Assembly: GCA_028534125.1 (NCBI GenBank)
Contig: CM052816.1
Span: 75,270,001 to 75,334,000 of the forward strand
DNA: 64,000 bases
Direction: 5' to 3'
DNA from: Lama glama
Lineage: Eukaryota
Shown one piece after another: positions 35,906 to 49,499 of this stretch. The notes beneath the pieces were generated by a model, which searched no databases, had not been told where the DNA came from, and saw nothing but the letters and a program-made list of their open reading frames with translations. Position 1 is the stretch's first letter, and the number at the start of each line of letters is the position of its first letter. Made by a program: the position numbers and the translations under genes.

Positions 35906-38900
35906 GCATGTATACTAACAGAGAATGAAGGACACGTGTGTATTACCTGCGCACCTGAGCACTTCTGTTTGCCCACATTTTTAATGTTTTAAGTGCAGTT
36001 CAACAGGAGCACAGGTAAAGTATCTTAAAATTCAGCCAACATTACTGAGAACTAGCAATGTGGTCATCACTGTGGTGGGCACTGGGGTGCTAAAAATGAA
36101 AATTTTAGCCCTGATTTACAACACAAATGGGAAGATGAAGCACCCATAAAAGCACCTTTTAGAGGAGACTGGGGACCATTATGTTATATTTTATATACAT
36201 ATATGTTTGTTGGAAAATCTAGGCTAACTAAGTGTTCTAAATTGTTCCTTTTCTTTGCACTGCATAGTTAAGCTCTTTGTTGGATATGACCTTGACCTAG
36301 GATTGTTTCTTAAAGCTATATCTTGACCTTTAGCATTAGCATCTTACAAGATTTGTATTTATGTGTCTAATCATCCTTCCTCCTCTTCATCTCCATGACA
36401 CCTTAGCCCAATGGTAGACTTGTCACTTGCTTGATTGTTACTTGGAGGTAAGCCTTAAGTTGGGCACAAAGCTGGTTGGAAGAGGTCAGAGTCTGACAGG
36501 TAGATTCATAGTGCAGACTGAAGATGTTGGCAGAGAAGGAACATAGTGGTAGACTGAGAAACTGTAGTGAGTTGTCTCTGATGGAATGTGGCGGAATGTG
36601 TAAGGAAGAGTAAGACATAAGGCCATCTAATCAGTTGGTAGTCTTGAAGTCAGGGCTATAAAATTTTGTTATTGACCTCATAAATGTAGTATTTTAGGAA
36701 TAACCTTAACGTTGATGCCAAAGGGACTTGAGTCCTGTGACCCTAATTGGACATGTTCCATTCACTCAAATGAATTTACCATTCTTTCAAAATTATCAAG
36801 ATTGAGCTGGATTTATAGTATTTATTCATTGTGGCATTATTTTCTGGTCCCAGGTTGTGTTGATTGATTTCTTACCTCTATTTATAGCAAATCTAATTGA
36901 GGGGCTTTTAAGCAAGCTACTCTGCCACATTGATGTGGGTGATTGTCTTATAGATTTTATAGATTTATTTCTGAAATCCTGAGGATGATTTTTTGCCTTT
37001 TGTCTAGTCTGGATGCCATTTACATTTAGAAGAATCAAGACACAAATTCCTCCTAACCTGTTCAAACATGAAAATGACTGCTAATGTATTTTTGTCATTT
37101 GTTTTTTTTAAGTCATGTTTTCTCTTATAGCCTTGAACCTAAGTGAAGAGACTTGAAAAGAGAAGAGAACATTTAATCCATAACTTTACTATTCTTCTAT
37201 CTAATCATTTGAAAAAGTAGTTGGCATTTAAGGGAACTATTTTTCTTAGAAAAAAATAAAAAAAAAAACGAGCAATATTCTGTGGAAATGTCTAAACAAA
37301 AGATGCCTTTCAAAAGGAAATACGTTGTAGGAATAGACACTCAGAAAAAAATATAAATGTACCTTTTTTTTGTAAACAGCTAAAATGTGGCATATGTTGC
37401 TTATGTCTGCATAATATCTAACCCAGTGTTTCTGTGTAAATTATCTTAGAGGGTCTAGTAGGGAACTTTTCCTATTAAATGTGTATGTAGCTCCTGAAAT
37501 AAATGCAATTTACACAGATGCCTTGGAGTGCTTTCTCTCAGAACCCTTGTTTTCCACTTCAGCCCATTCATACAGCTTTAGCTTTCGCTGGCCTCAAGTG
37601 CAAAGAAGAGCATTCCTATTTCCAGGGCAGTTCAGCAAGCGACCCGACCTTCGGCCCCGGCCATTTGCTTGAAATGCACTGTCTTGTCCACCACTTATTT
37701 CCAGCAATTAGCCAACTGCCTGGTACAAGATTGGCATTCAGTTCATATTCAGAGAATGAAAATTATAAACTTCTTTATATTTGCTCCGACTTTCCTTATC
37801 ACTAAAAGACTTTTGCTCTTCAAGGTAAACGAGTGTTCATATTTCTTATTCATCCTGGCCACATTTCCCTTTCTCTCTTACTCCCTGGAATTATATTTTC
37901 ATTACTTCTGGCTTTATTTTCCAACTTTATAGTTTCAGTTTCTAACCTGTAATTTTCACTGGAGATTCTTCGGCTGTTCACTGTATCCTTTATTCCTTCT
38001 ATGTTCAGTTCATTAAATATTGACTCCCTAAAGCTTCATCTACTTGGGTCATATCTGAATTTGGTTTCCAAAATATGGTACTGACCACCCTCTACCCTCT
38101 CATCTCTGACCTATCTCATCTCTACTACCATGGGCATTATATAGGATGAGGAGAGGGAAGAAAAAAAAGTTATGCATACTGGCTAAACATCGTTCCAGTG
38201 ACAGCTCACATTTGTTCTTTCCCTTTTCAGATCACTGTTGTGTCTTGAACACATTGTGTATAATGAGGGTTTGTTCTTTCCTAAGTTAAATTTGCTGCTT
38301 ACATTGGTTCTTTCCACTCATATAGCGACACAGGTTTTCTTTACATCCATACATAAAGAGCCCTGTATCACTGTGGTTTATGAACTATTTCCTTTCTTAG
38401 AGCTACAGAACACCATTTTTTCAGGTGGGGAGAGTGAGCCGAAACACAGTGGTCTACAGAGGATGAGGAAGGTGCAGCCTTCTTGCATCTCCCTGGCGCC
38501 CCTCCCCCTCCATTGCCCTGTTCCAAGGGGTAACCGTTTACATTCCAAGCTTTCACATGCCTCCTAATAGATCTTGTCCCATGAGAGTGTTTTGAAACAA
38601 AAATAAGCAAAAGTATGTGAAGTACTTTAAAGGGCACCGTTTTGAATACAGTCATATTCTTTTTGGAGCGAAGGTTACTTGAACACAGCCTGGGTGAAGA
38701 TGTCCTGCCTGTGTCATACCCGAGGCAGTGGTCATAGGTACAAGTTCCCCGGGAACAGGCTGTACTGGAGAAGGTGCACTCCTGAGTTCCAGGCATCTGA
38801 GAGGAGACTGGGCGCTCCCTTGACCAAGGCTAAGCCCTGGTGTCTGAGTGCTTGCCAGCTCCAAGGTGCAGGAGCGTCACGTAGATAGCTGACTACATCT

Positions 38901-39649
38901 CCCACAGTCACTTAGATGTATAAATATCTCCCTCTGTTAGGAGTAGGCTATTGTCATAGTTGCATTTACTTTTCTTCCCATTAAAAAAACCCCTAGGATT
39001 CTCAGAGTTTCATGCTGTTCACTTTCCAACGGCTGTCTGATGGGCGGATAAGGGTGAATACCTGGCCATTATAGGTGTCAGAAGGCCTTTAAGTTGGTTA
39101 TGCAGTGAAATTGAATTAAATATTTCAAGTGTTTATATTGACTTGACTTCTTTTCATACTTCTGAAACGGCAAGAGCATTTCCAAAATGTATTTTTGCAG
39201 CAAGTTCTTGTGTCCTATTGATTTGTATGTGCTGGGTCTGAGTGCTTTCCCATTAGCGCTAATGTGTTCTCATAATACTCCATCCACTCAAAAAAGTGCA
39301 AGAAGACAATAGGAAAGTGATCTTCCTTAATAAAATGGGCAACTGCGGAGTTTAAGAACTTCTATTCTTTTTTTCCAACATGAATGGCCATTTTATTTGT
39401 CATTTATCCTTAAAAGGATCCTTCCATCTTGAACTTATCCCCTTTAGAGAAAAGAAACCAGCTAGTGCTTATACACGGTGTTTCATACTTAGAAACGCAC
39501 AGAATGTTTTGGAACGATAGGCTTTAATGGATATCTGTGGTTTTGTTTGCTGTGTATTCGTACAAGGATCATAAACAGGATTCATGCAGCTTAAATGGAA
39601 CTAGACTAGAACTAGAATTCCAGAATTATTGAGGGAAATAAATAACCAC

Positions 39650-39870
39650 CTATTACCTAGTTGCTGTATAGATAAATCCCATACTTCCTTCAGATCTCTG
39701 CTCAAATATTACTTTCATTACAAAGCCTAGCCTGAAATTGAGCCACTCTCCCTCAGCATTTACCGATTCCTTTTATGCCACTCTATGTAGCTTAGTAAGT
39801 GTACAGTAGGATTTGCATCTCAATTTCCCTGACTCCAGACTCCATGCACCACATACCATGCTGCCTATTT
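39650..39870. mobile_element. Short L2 and MIR fragments
   Basis: cttccttcagatctctgctcaaatattactt (L2-like); agtaagtg..cagtaggatttg....cctgactccagactccatgc (MIR-like). Confidence 0.5.
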
Positions 39871-40559
39871 ATCTAGGAATAGTGGGCTGGACAGTATCTG
39901 TAGCAATATCTTATATTTTTAATCTTTTTACAGCTTGCAGCAAATTTTCACATATATTATTTTTAATAAAATGATGATTTGGAACAGTAACCTAAGTGTT
40001 TCTCTTTCTCTCAGGACCTGCAGTGTCATACTTGAAAATGTGGGAGAGGCAATATAGGTCCCTGAAATTCCCTTGTGCGCTTATTACAGAATTGATAATG
40101 ATTCAAAAGGATTTTGAGAATCTCCCAAAAACAAATGTTCTAAAAATATAAGCAAATATTTGAAGATAGGCGTTGTATCTTTTCAGAATGCATACATTGA
40201 CTCCTATACCGCAGGGTTATGCCCTTTTGTACTGTTCTATTTTCTGGAGTCTATGTTCCTGCACCTAACACTTCTCCTTCCCATTCCTTCTTTCCATCAA
40301 CATTCTGTTTCCTTTCTCTTCCATTTTTGGTTTCTCCAGTGCTATTCTGCCATTGCTTTTGTGGTTAAGGCTTACCCCTCCACTCCTGCCTGACATCTGT
40401 TCTCATGGTCCTTCTGAGAGAGCTGGTGTGGGTATCTTCATCTGATGTCACTTGCAGTTTTCAGTCATATTCAAACTGAGAAAATGATGGTTTAGGCTGT
40501 TGATACAAGGAGAAGAGAGAGTTAAGTCAATGGGAAATGAAGAAAAGTCCAGGACTTCA

Positions 40560-41014
40560 TATATTAGATTCCTAGGGCCACTGTAATAAATTACTGCAGA
40601 CTGGGTGACTTAGAAATTTATGCTTTCCTGGTTCTGGAGGCTAGAAGTCTGAAATCAAGGTGTTAGCAGGATTCGTTCTTTCTGGAGTTTTGGAGAGGGA
40701 ATCTGCCTGTATCTTTCTCCTATATTCTGGTGGTTGTTGGCAATCCTTGGTGTTTCTTGCTTCATAGACACATTGGTCCAATCTCTGACCCCATCATCAC
40801 ATAAACTTCTTTCTTCCCTTTGTGTGTGTCTCTGTGTCTTCACCTGGTCTTCTTATAAGGACACCAATCATTGGATTTAGGCCCACCCTCATCCAGTGTA
40901 ATGTTATTCTAATTAAATTATTTATATCTGCAAACACTGTGTTTTCAAATAGGTCAATTTTGACGCTTTTAAGTGGACATGAATTTTAGGGAGTACATTA
41001 TTTAACTCAGCACA
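40560..41014 (-). mobile_element. MLT1B/C-like MaLR solo LTR
   Basis: gttctggaggctagaagtctgaaatcaaggtgttagcagg...ggcaatccttggtgtt...cttataaggacaccaatcattggatttaggcccaccct...cagcaca. Confidence 0.92.
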
Positions 41015-41489
41015 CCGTGTGATCTGTTTCTAGCTTTCAAAGGAGTGCTGTTATTATGAAGTGTTCTTACATGTGACTTAGCAGACGCCCGGGAAGTCTA
41101 AACCCCTGGTGATAAAGATATTGTTCTCTTGTCAATGGAAATAACTTGTGCAGAGTTAGGTGTTTGGCATATGGGAACAGAGAAGGCCAAAAAGTCATGA
41201 TCATTGTTTTGGATAAAATCTGAAAAGGACTCAACATTGAACCAAGCCCTGCGTGTCATAACTGAATTTTCTGACTGCTGACATCAGCACATAGAATGAA
41301 TCGAAGTGTGATGCTTGTCTCCAGAATACCAGAGACCAGCTGAGTGACCCTGAGCAATTCAGTGGAGGTGCCTCGCTGACGAAAAGTGACTGAGAGGAAA
41401 ATTTCCTACATATGAGCTTATTCTCCTGTACAAGGATTGGAGTCTGGGGTTATGCAATTCTGTGCAACGAAAGCATCTATGTTCCATTG

Positions 41490-41715
41490 GAGAAATATAT
41501 TTAGCACCTACCACATGCTGAGTGCTGTGGTGGATTCTCTGTTAAGCATAAGTAACTCATTTATTTCTCAAAACCACATTGTAAGAGGCTTATTAGCCCC
41601 ATTTTACAGATGAGGCAAAGATATTAATAAAGTTTAAAAATTTGCCCAACATAAATAGTCCAAATGAGTTATCGAGCCAGACTTTGAACCCAGATCTATC
41701 TATGCTTATGCCATA
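41490..41715 (-). mobile_element. MIR
   Basis: tattagccccattttacagatgaggcaa...tttgcccaa...gagccagactttgaacccagatct. Confidence 0.85.
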
Positions 41716-44700
41716 CAACAGAGGCAAAATCAAATGGACAAACTCTGGGGGAGTGGCTGAATGAGGGGACATGCCTATGGAAGAATAAAGATGTCTAGGA
41801 AACCAGGTCCCACGTGGCAGAGGAAAGAAAGTAGAAAATAGTGAACACAGTAGCAAAACATCCAGACAAAAGTCTATGACACTTGTATCAGTTCTTCGGC
41901 ATAAGAATATTGATAGACTCTCGCCAAAAATGGAATGGCATGGGGTTTCTGAGACTGGAGTTGGCTCTGGGAGCCTGAGAAGTGTGTTCCTTTAAGTGCA
42001 AATGCTTTTAAATTTTTGGTACTAGCTGGCTGGCCAGCATTGTTCAAAAAAAATCATTAACCATTGTTTAAATGAGTATGTCTCTGCCCACACTGACCTT
42101 GAAGTAGACTACACAGAGACGCACTGTGTGAGAAACAGCCTGAGCGTGTTATCACTGCCTTGTGCGTCCGCTCTTGAGATTTTTCATTTGGAGGTCATAT
42201 TGGACACTGTTTTTGTTGTCGTTTGCTTTGTTTGCTTTGTGATCTACGGCATGTCTCCTCATCAGCAGTTACGCAGGACTCGTGGGCTTGTTTTACCTGC
42301 TCTGGGACATCATTGCCCACTTACTCTTGGTGCTGCCCTGGATGAAAACCTTATAACCTCTATTTATAAAGTTTAGACCATTTCAAGCATGCCTTCCAAA
42401 GTTGGCAAAAATCTAACCAGCTTCGTTTTATGTATATAGATTTTTTTTTCTTCAATCATTTCACCTTTGCTCTTCCTTAGTATTTAGTAAAATTCTGCAC
42501 TTTTGAAATCCTGGTGTTATCGTGCTAAAGAGAACCAAAGGAAGGTGATCTTGTCCAAACTCGGACAAGTGACTTAACAGGAGATAACATGTGCAGAAAG
42601 AAGAAGATACCAAAGGAAGGGACAAACTTGGGAGACAAAATCAGGCTGATTTCCTCATCAAACTCCTCCTTCAGGCACCAATACTTGGGGTATTGGTTTT
42701 ATTTCAACAAGGAACATAATCCCCCTGAGAGGAAAGCAAGACTTGGCTGACAGTGTAGTGATCAAAATATCACTGTTGCTCAACATAGCCGCAAAATTGT
42801 CTTCATTGAAAAGTTGGGTAAATATTATTCTCTGAGTGTCCAAGTGTCAGGTAGGCGCTGGGAAGCCTCCAAACCAACAAGAAGATGATGTTTTATCTTA
42901 CTGTTCAGTGAATCAGTTGATTATATTGTTTAAAGAAAATTGTTATCTGAAAGCTCTAGAATCAAGTGACAAATGTGAGAAAAGGAAGAATCCCATGGAG
43001 AGCCAGTTCCTAGGGTACAATCTCCCTCCAGTGTCTTTCGTTAGGTGGGTTCATCTGGTCCTTTGCTGATAACAAGGATTTGGAGTTGATGCCCAGTGGA
43101 AAATAAGCAGAGCTCAGTTCTACCTGACAAAATAATCACTCTAGTCCTCTTTGAGGTGTTTCTCTCAAATGGTCTTGGCAAAGCAGTGCCTTTTCCTCCC
43201 TGCATAAGCGTTTGGGGCATGCCACCTTTATTATCTCAGTGGTCCATGCTCATCTCTCCTGCCAGACTCTGACCTTGTGGGCATCAGTGATGGTCTGGTG
43301 CTCACTTTTGCAATAATGGGCACAGGGATGTGTCTATCAGATTGAATTGTAAATACAATCTCACCATTTTCATCCCTCAAGCAGAGATCTCTATGACATT
43401 CCTCAAAGATCATCCTATGGCAAATATGCTATACGTACATTTCGTCCATCAAGGAATTCACTAACTTACAAAATACACTACATGTGTACCTCAGGAGCCC
43501 CCAAATAATAAAACAAACTTAGATTTACACATCTGCTTTTAACTGAGATGTCTCAGGATACCTTAAGCTGTTTGGAATCTTTGAGCCTTTATATCTATGA
43601 CATTTCCCCTAGAGTAAAGCTCTTTGTTCAAAATGTACCAGAAGAATGCTGTTTGCCCAAATTCCATTTATTTCATCTGAAGTGTGCACATGGAGAGCCT
43701 GCTCCTGACATGGAGGCCTTTCTCAGATCAGAGACGAGGACGCAGAGTTGACCCCAGTGTCTTGTTAATTTGACACAGAGGTAGCAGGAGACTCCAGCTC
43801 TAGCTTTGCTCAATTGACTTCTTATTCCTCTTCCTCCATTTTTCTGCTTCCATCCTCTCCACTGTCTACACTGCAACCCATCTTCTTTACCCTCTTCTTA
43901 CTGCCCCTCTCCTCTCTGTTCATCTCTATTTGGAGAATCCCTTGAACAGAGAGGGGAGAATGAGTTGCTGCCACCCCTCTCTACACTTCTCGTGGAGGAC
44001 ATATCAGAGGAAGCCCAAAGATTCAAGAGACCTGCATTTAGAAAATGTGTCACTGATAAGGAACTTCTATAGAAAGTCTTAACAAGTAAATCATTCCTGG
44101 GAAGATGAGAATTAAATGGGAGAACAGTAAATTAGCCTCTCTCTTTGCTACTGGGGAGACCCAGAGTCAGGCATGTCTTTGCAGAAAACTTGCGACCTGC
44201 TTCAATCAGTGTGTCAGTCTTGTGTAAACTGCCAGCAGCTCTCCTAACAGCCACCCTTCCTAGGCACTGCCCAAAGGAAACTCATCTTTAAACTATTGAT
44301 GGATAGAAGGTTAAAATTTAATTTTCTGTCAATTGAAACTTGCTAATTAAAATTCCATGTTATTTTATCTTAGAAACCTTTGAAAAATGGAGTATAGAAG
44401 CTTGCCTAGAGATAACACAACTACCACCTGGCTTGAAGCTTTTGTGACTAAGATGCTATAAATGTTAATTTCCTATCAATTGCAACTTGCAAAGAAAATC
44501 AGCAAGTTTTCTCCTCTTCTTGCATCAGTCTTTTATATGGTGTCTTCCCAGGCTGTCCTTTGTCCCTGCCTTCATCAAGCTCCTCAACGTCTTGATCCTG
44601 GGGAAATCAAGCTAAGACCAAGGGCAGACTTGAAGTTGGAAGAAAGGATGCAGTTCCATAGGACAGTCACTTTCTTTTCTTTCAGTTTGTTTTCAGGGTA

Positions 44701-44881
44701 CCATTTCTGTATCTAGGCATACTTACTGTATTACTGCTCTCTTGCATACTCTTCCAAAGAACACAATTGACATCTCATTTAGAACTGAAATTATAAATGT
44801 ATTTGGTGTCAACACCATTTCTCTGGTAAGGGTTATACTTGTGCTTTGAGATACATTGTATAGCAGACATGATTGGTGTCC

Positions 44882-45381
44882 NNNNNNNNNNNNNNNNNNN
44901 NNNNNNNNNNNNNNNNNNNNNNNNNNNNNNNNNNNNNNNNNNNNNNNNNNNNNNNNNNNNNNNNNNNNNNNNNNNNNNNNNNNNNNNNNNNNNNNNNNNN
45001 NNNNNNNNNNNNNNNNNNNNNNNNNNNNNNNNNNNNNNNNNNNNNNNNNNNNNNNNNNNNNNNNNNNNNNNNNNNNNNNNNNNNNNNNNNNNNNNNNNNN
45101 NNNNNNNNNNNNNNNNNNNNNNNNNNNNNNNNNNNNNNNNNNNNNNNNNNNNNNNNNNNNNNNNNNNNNNNNNNNNNNNNNNNNNNNNNNNNNNNNNNNN
45201 NNNNNNNNNNNNNNNNNNNNNNNNNNNNNNNNNNNNNNNNNNNNNNNNNNNNNNNNNNNNNNNNNNNNNNNNNNNNNNNNNNNNNNNNNNNNNNNNNNNN
45301 NNNNNNNNNNNNNNNNNNNNNNNNNNNNNNNNNNNNNNNNNNNNNNNNNNNNNNNNNNNNNNNNNNNNNNNNNNNNNNNNN
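44882..45381. other. Assembly gap (exactly 500 N)
   Basis: Run of N. Confidence 1.
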
Positions 45382-45399
45382 CTGTGCTCAGGCAAACCA

Positions 45400-45545
45400 T
45401 ATAATAGCTCCATGAATATATTATGTGTGGCTTAACACATTCATTATCTCATTTAATCCTCATAATCGTGACTTCTTTTTTCTTCTACTTTATAGATGAG
45501 AAAACTGGCTTAGAAACATGGTGATTTGGGCAAGATGGCAGTAGC
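45400..45545 (-). mobile_element. MIR fragment
   Basis: cattatctcatttaatcctcataa...tttatagatgagaaaactgg. Confidence 0.7.
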
Positions 45546-46869
45546 CTAGTCCTCATATATATTTATCACTAATTTAATGTGTGTCATGATATGAAAAGGG
45601 TTGGGATGCACCAACAAACCCAAACAAATTAAAGAACCTCTTTGGCACTGGAAACTGTTCAGTGAAATTGGGAAAGTGTAGAATATTGTCAGCTAAATCA
45701 CACAGCATGCCTATTTCGTGTATTCACTTCCCTGTCAGTTAACAGCTGTCTGAGTTGTTCCTTCATGACTACATATGGATTTAGAAAAGAAATTCACTAT
45801 TATCCCGGAATATGAAAAGTTAGTTCTTTTTAATAGTAATTATTTTGTTTCCAAAAGAGGGAACGATTTCTTGGCAATTTTTAATTAAATTATTAATTAA
45901 TTATTCAAATCTTACATTAAAATTTTAATCATCATGGGATGATTATATTTTCGATCTGATCATCTGAATAAGACTCTAGAATCCTTTGCTGATCTGCATA
46001 ATGTTCTTTAGTGGACGTCAATAATTGCGTTGATTTAGGGGGAGAATCAAACATGGTCTGTTACTCAAAATCTAAATTTTGCTTTACAAACACAGTAAAA
46101 CTTTTAAAAGAGAATAATTTAAATCCAGACACTGAGACTTCCACAAAATTAGCCCTCGTATAGATTTTCTGATTGTTTAGAGGTGATCAAAGCAAACATC
46201 TTTGGCCTATGTGTGGAGACACTCTGCACCTTTGCATTTATAGCATAGACCGTATTATTATTTTCATCTACAGGCAGGGAACTTGAAACATAAGGAGGCA
46301 AGGTGACCCCTTCATGTTCATTTGACAAATTGAGATTATCCCTAAGACTTGGCCTGGACTTTTCCTGGGTGAAATTACCCAGGGAGACAAAAGAATTAAG
46401 AAACTGCCTTAAAAGCGCATGATGAGATCCAGAATATGTAAATCTACACAGAGAAGTGGTAGCACATATGGGCAAATGGGATGCTCTGGGGAAGTCTCTT
46501 GGATCTACCTTGTGTTCCTGCCTGGAGAGGATGCTTCCAGAAGCTAGCACAGGTGAGGAACTTTTATTGGCCTTAAAAAGAGAAACTGACTTCTCATGAG
46601 AATGAGAAGAAGGGTGAAAATCAGAGCAATACTGATGAGTTCAAATGCATTTGTACTTTTCCCTGTGACAAAAAAAAAAATCTTTCAAATGGTAGCAGAA
46701 AGGATGCTTTGCCTCTGCTAGAGTGCATCACATTTGGCGAGTTATGACATTGACACAGCGTAAGTGAGTTTTCCAATCCAATTCTTTTCTGCGTCTTGGC
46801 TATTGCTGTTCCTTTTTGCCAGGTATCTACTCCCCTTTTACTGCACTTCTTTTTAAGACTGTTTTGGGG

Positions 46870-47640
46870 GTCTGTCATCTTTTTAGTTACCAAAAGCCCA
46901 GCTTAAACTATTTTAAGGAAAAGATAAATAAATGAATGAATGAATGAGTGGACAAATGGACAGAATTTAATGGTAAGATGTTTGAGTAGTTTACAAAATT
47001 AAAAGAAATGCTGTAATAACCAGACAGCTCTGATTCTGGGAACCTGGAATGCCATCAGAACTACCACACTGAGCAGAAGGAACATGAAACCAGGGCTTGA
47101 ACACAGGGCCTTGGGATGACCGTATAAGCATAAATCCTGGAGTTCCTCAGAGCATCTGGTCAACCCTAGGTACAGGACTAGTGGGCCTGAGAGCGTGCCA
47201 GAGGGAAGAAACAGGGACCAAGGACATGAAGATCCTCGTTTAGGCTCAGGGCCCATGTAGATGACACTGCCTGACCCAGCTGGTTTCAGACACCATAGAG
47301 GACTTTAGCATGTTGAGGAAGGTACTCCAAAGTATAGGGCCCTGCTCGCTCAGGACTATTGACTTTTTCCTCTTAAACCAATTTCCTCTGCAATTTTGGA
47401 CCCATAGTTCATAGATCCATCTCTTCTCAGTCTCCCTAAAAAGGGAGAATCCCTCCTTTGCAGCTTCAGTTCTAAAGATTCTGGGGAGCATTCTGCCTGC
47501 CTTATATCAGGTCACACGTCTACTACCTGGAATAATCAAAGTGGCCAGGGGATGAGACATTCTTTGGCCTAACTTGGGCCTTCATTCACCTACAAGGTGG
47601 TAAGGGAGAAGAGCATCGTGATTATCATGAAGTATGTGTA
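46870..47640 (-). mobile_element. Degraded old MLT1 (K/L-like) LTR fragments, possibly with another insertion at about 47080-47345
   Basis: aggtcacacgtctactacctggaataatcaaagtggccaggggatgagaca.tct.ttggcc is typical of old MLT1. Confidence 0.5.
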
Positions 47641-47689
47641 GGTTCCCGAAATGAAGAGAGTGTGTTATCAGCAAGAGTGCAAATCAGAA

Positions 47690-47950
47690 TCATAATTGTA
47701 ACAGCTAACACCTACAGAGCACTTATGTGCCACACACTCATCTGTGTACTTCTATATATAGTGACTAATCGAATCACTGCCATTAACTCTATAAAGTAGA
47801 TATTATTTCCTCTATTTTATGGACTAGAAAACTGAGTCCTAAGAGATTATGTAATATGCTCAAGGCCACACAGTTAATAGCAGTGGAAATGGGATCTTAA
47901 CCAAGGAAGTTTGGCTCCTGAATCCACAAACTTAATCACTGTCCTCTACT
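47690..47950 (-). mobile_element. MIR (near full length)
   Basis: acagctaacacctacagagcacttatgtgcc...attttatggactagaaaactgag...gctcaaggccacacagttaa...tggctcc...cttaatcact. Confidence 0.85.
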
Positions 47951-48179
47951 ATTCTTTAAAAATGGCCACCATACAAGCCCATGTCCCACCTGTCAATGAA
48001 TCCTTCTTCTTCTACACCTGCCCTGATTGACTTCTCCTTTCTACTTTTTAGAAGTCAAAGTCACTTCTATCTGAATTAACACAGTTACTACTGTTTTTCA
48101 CTCTTAGTCTCTAAATCCTTTCTGCCCAATGGCCTGAGCAAATGTATAGAGACAATTTTATAATGGTTCTTTTGTGTCT

Positions 48180-48684
48180 CTGGAGAATATAGTATTAGAT
48201 AAGGGACAAATATACAAGTCAATGGACACTTGAAATACTCAAGGTTTTAGAAATTAGGTTTAAATATATGGGAGCCTGTCAATTTGGAAGAAGTCAGTCC
48301 AGGGCTGAAATGATAGTTTTATGACATGTTCATCATAAAGATGAAGGCTCCTATCTTTGTGCTCCATCATCCTTAGTCCTCAGCATCCATCCTTAAGGTC
48401 ACATCTTGGTTAGATACTACATCTGTATTACTGACAGCAGAGATGAGGAAGTGCACTTCCCCATGGGAAGAGTTCTCTTCAGAAAGCTTCCTGAAGTTCT
48501 CAAATAGTACTTTAGCTTACATTTCATTGGATGGAACTTTTCATATGGCTACTCCTAGCTGCAAGGGCAGCTGGGAAATGTAGAATTATTTAGCCCATCA
48601 GTGTGCCTACCTAAAAATCAAGGTTCAGTAATAAATTGGAAGAGGAGATGACATGTTAAATAAGCAACTAGTAAGTTTTGCCAC
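48180..48684 (-). mobile_element. MLT1J/K-like MaLR LTR
   Basis: gcttacatttcattgg...catatggctactcctagctgcaagggcagctgggaaatgtag...agcaactag.aagttttgccaca. Confidence 0.8.
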
Positions 48685-49499
48685 AAGAAGAATGAAAATA
48701 ATCTTCTATCAGTTTCTTCTCAGCTACCTTTTATTTTTCATGGACAAATTTTCCATTCCTTACTCATACAAGAAATGAAAATGTGCTTTGGGTGGCTCCT
48801 AGGAGGTGCAAGATACCTGGAGAGCAGCCTGGTCACCTTTCTAGAGAAATAGTATATCAGGAAATATCCCTGAGCATCGTTTTAAATCAGCAACAACGCT
48901 GTTTTACTCTGCTTAGACTGTTAAAAATGAGGGGTCTCCTACATTAAAACAAACAAAAAGTCTTGAAATTTACCTTGATAAATGTATTTTTATAATTACA
49001 GAAATAAATACAGGTAAAGCTCTGCTTTCCTTGGCTCTTTTCCAAGGAGAAAAACATATGACTGTTCACTTACATTTTTTTATGCTCCAATTTTATTTGA
49101 TATAAATAGTTTGTAAAGTTGCTTTTCTAATTATAGTCTCAATACTAAATAAGTTCCAAAGGACACTTTTCAGATGAACTACCTTGGATGTTTCTAGTGG
49201 ATAGACTTTCACGTGTTAGTGTGCTGCCCTTACTGTCTTGTGCACTAATTGAGGTAAAATGATTAAGTTGCTGAAATAAGAGGCCCAAGGCTAGGCATTT
49301 CTTCCCAAACAAATGAAGAAGTTGCACACATTACTAGCCTCACATTCCAGTGATACGCATTACACTTGGCTACAGGAGAAACTGGGGAATGCCCTACAGC
49401 CTTGGGTCCAGGAAGAAGGAAAAAAATTGGATGTGGCTGATCAGCTAGCAGCATTTATCACACACTGATGGGCAATAGTCTTCCTTCCTTCATCCTCTG

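Noticed and set aside
38368..38796. 142-aa minus-strand ORF (longest ORF outside the gaps and recognised repeats)
   Set aside because: No recognisable homology or splice context; within chance expectation for a GC-richer patch
44723..45435. Long ORFs of 180-225 aa
   Set aside because: Artefacts of translating through 500 N
46149..46550. 133-aa minus-strand ORF and a small hairpin CCTGGGT-N6-ACCCAGG at about 46364-46383
   Set aside because: Non-ATG start, unrecognised peptide; the stem is too short for a miRNA-type precursor
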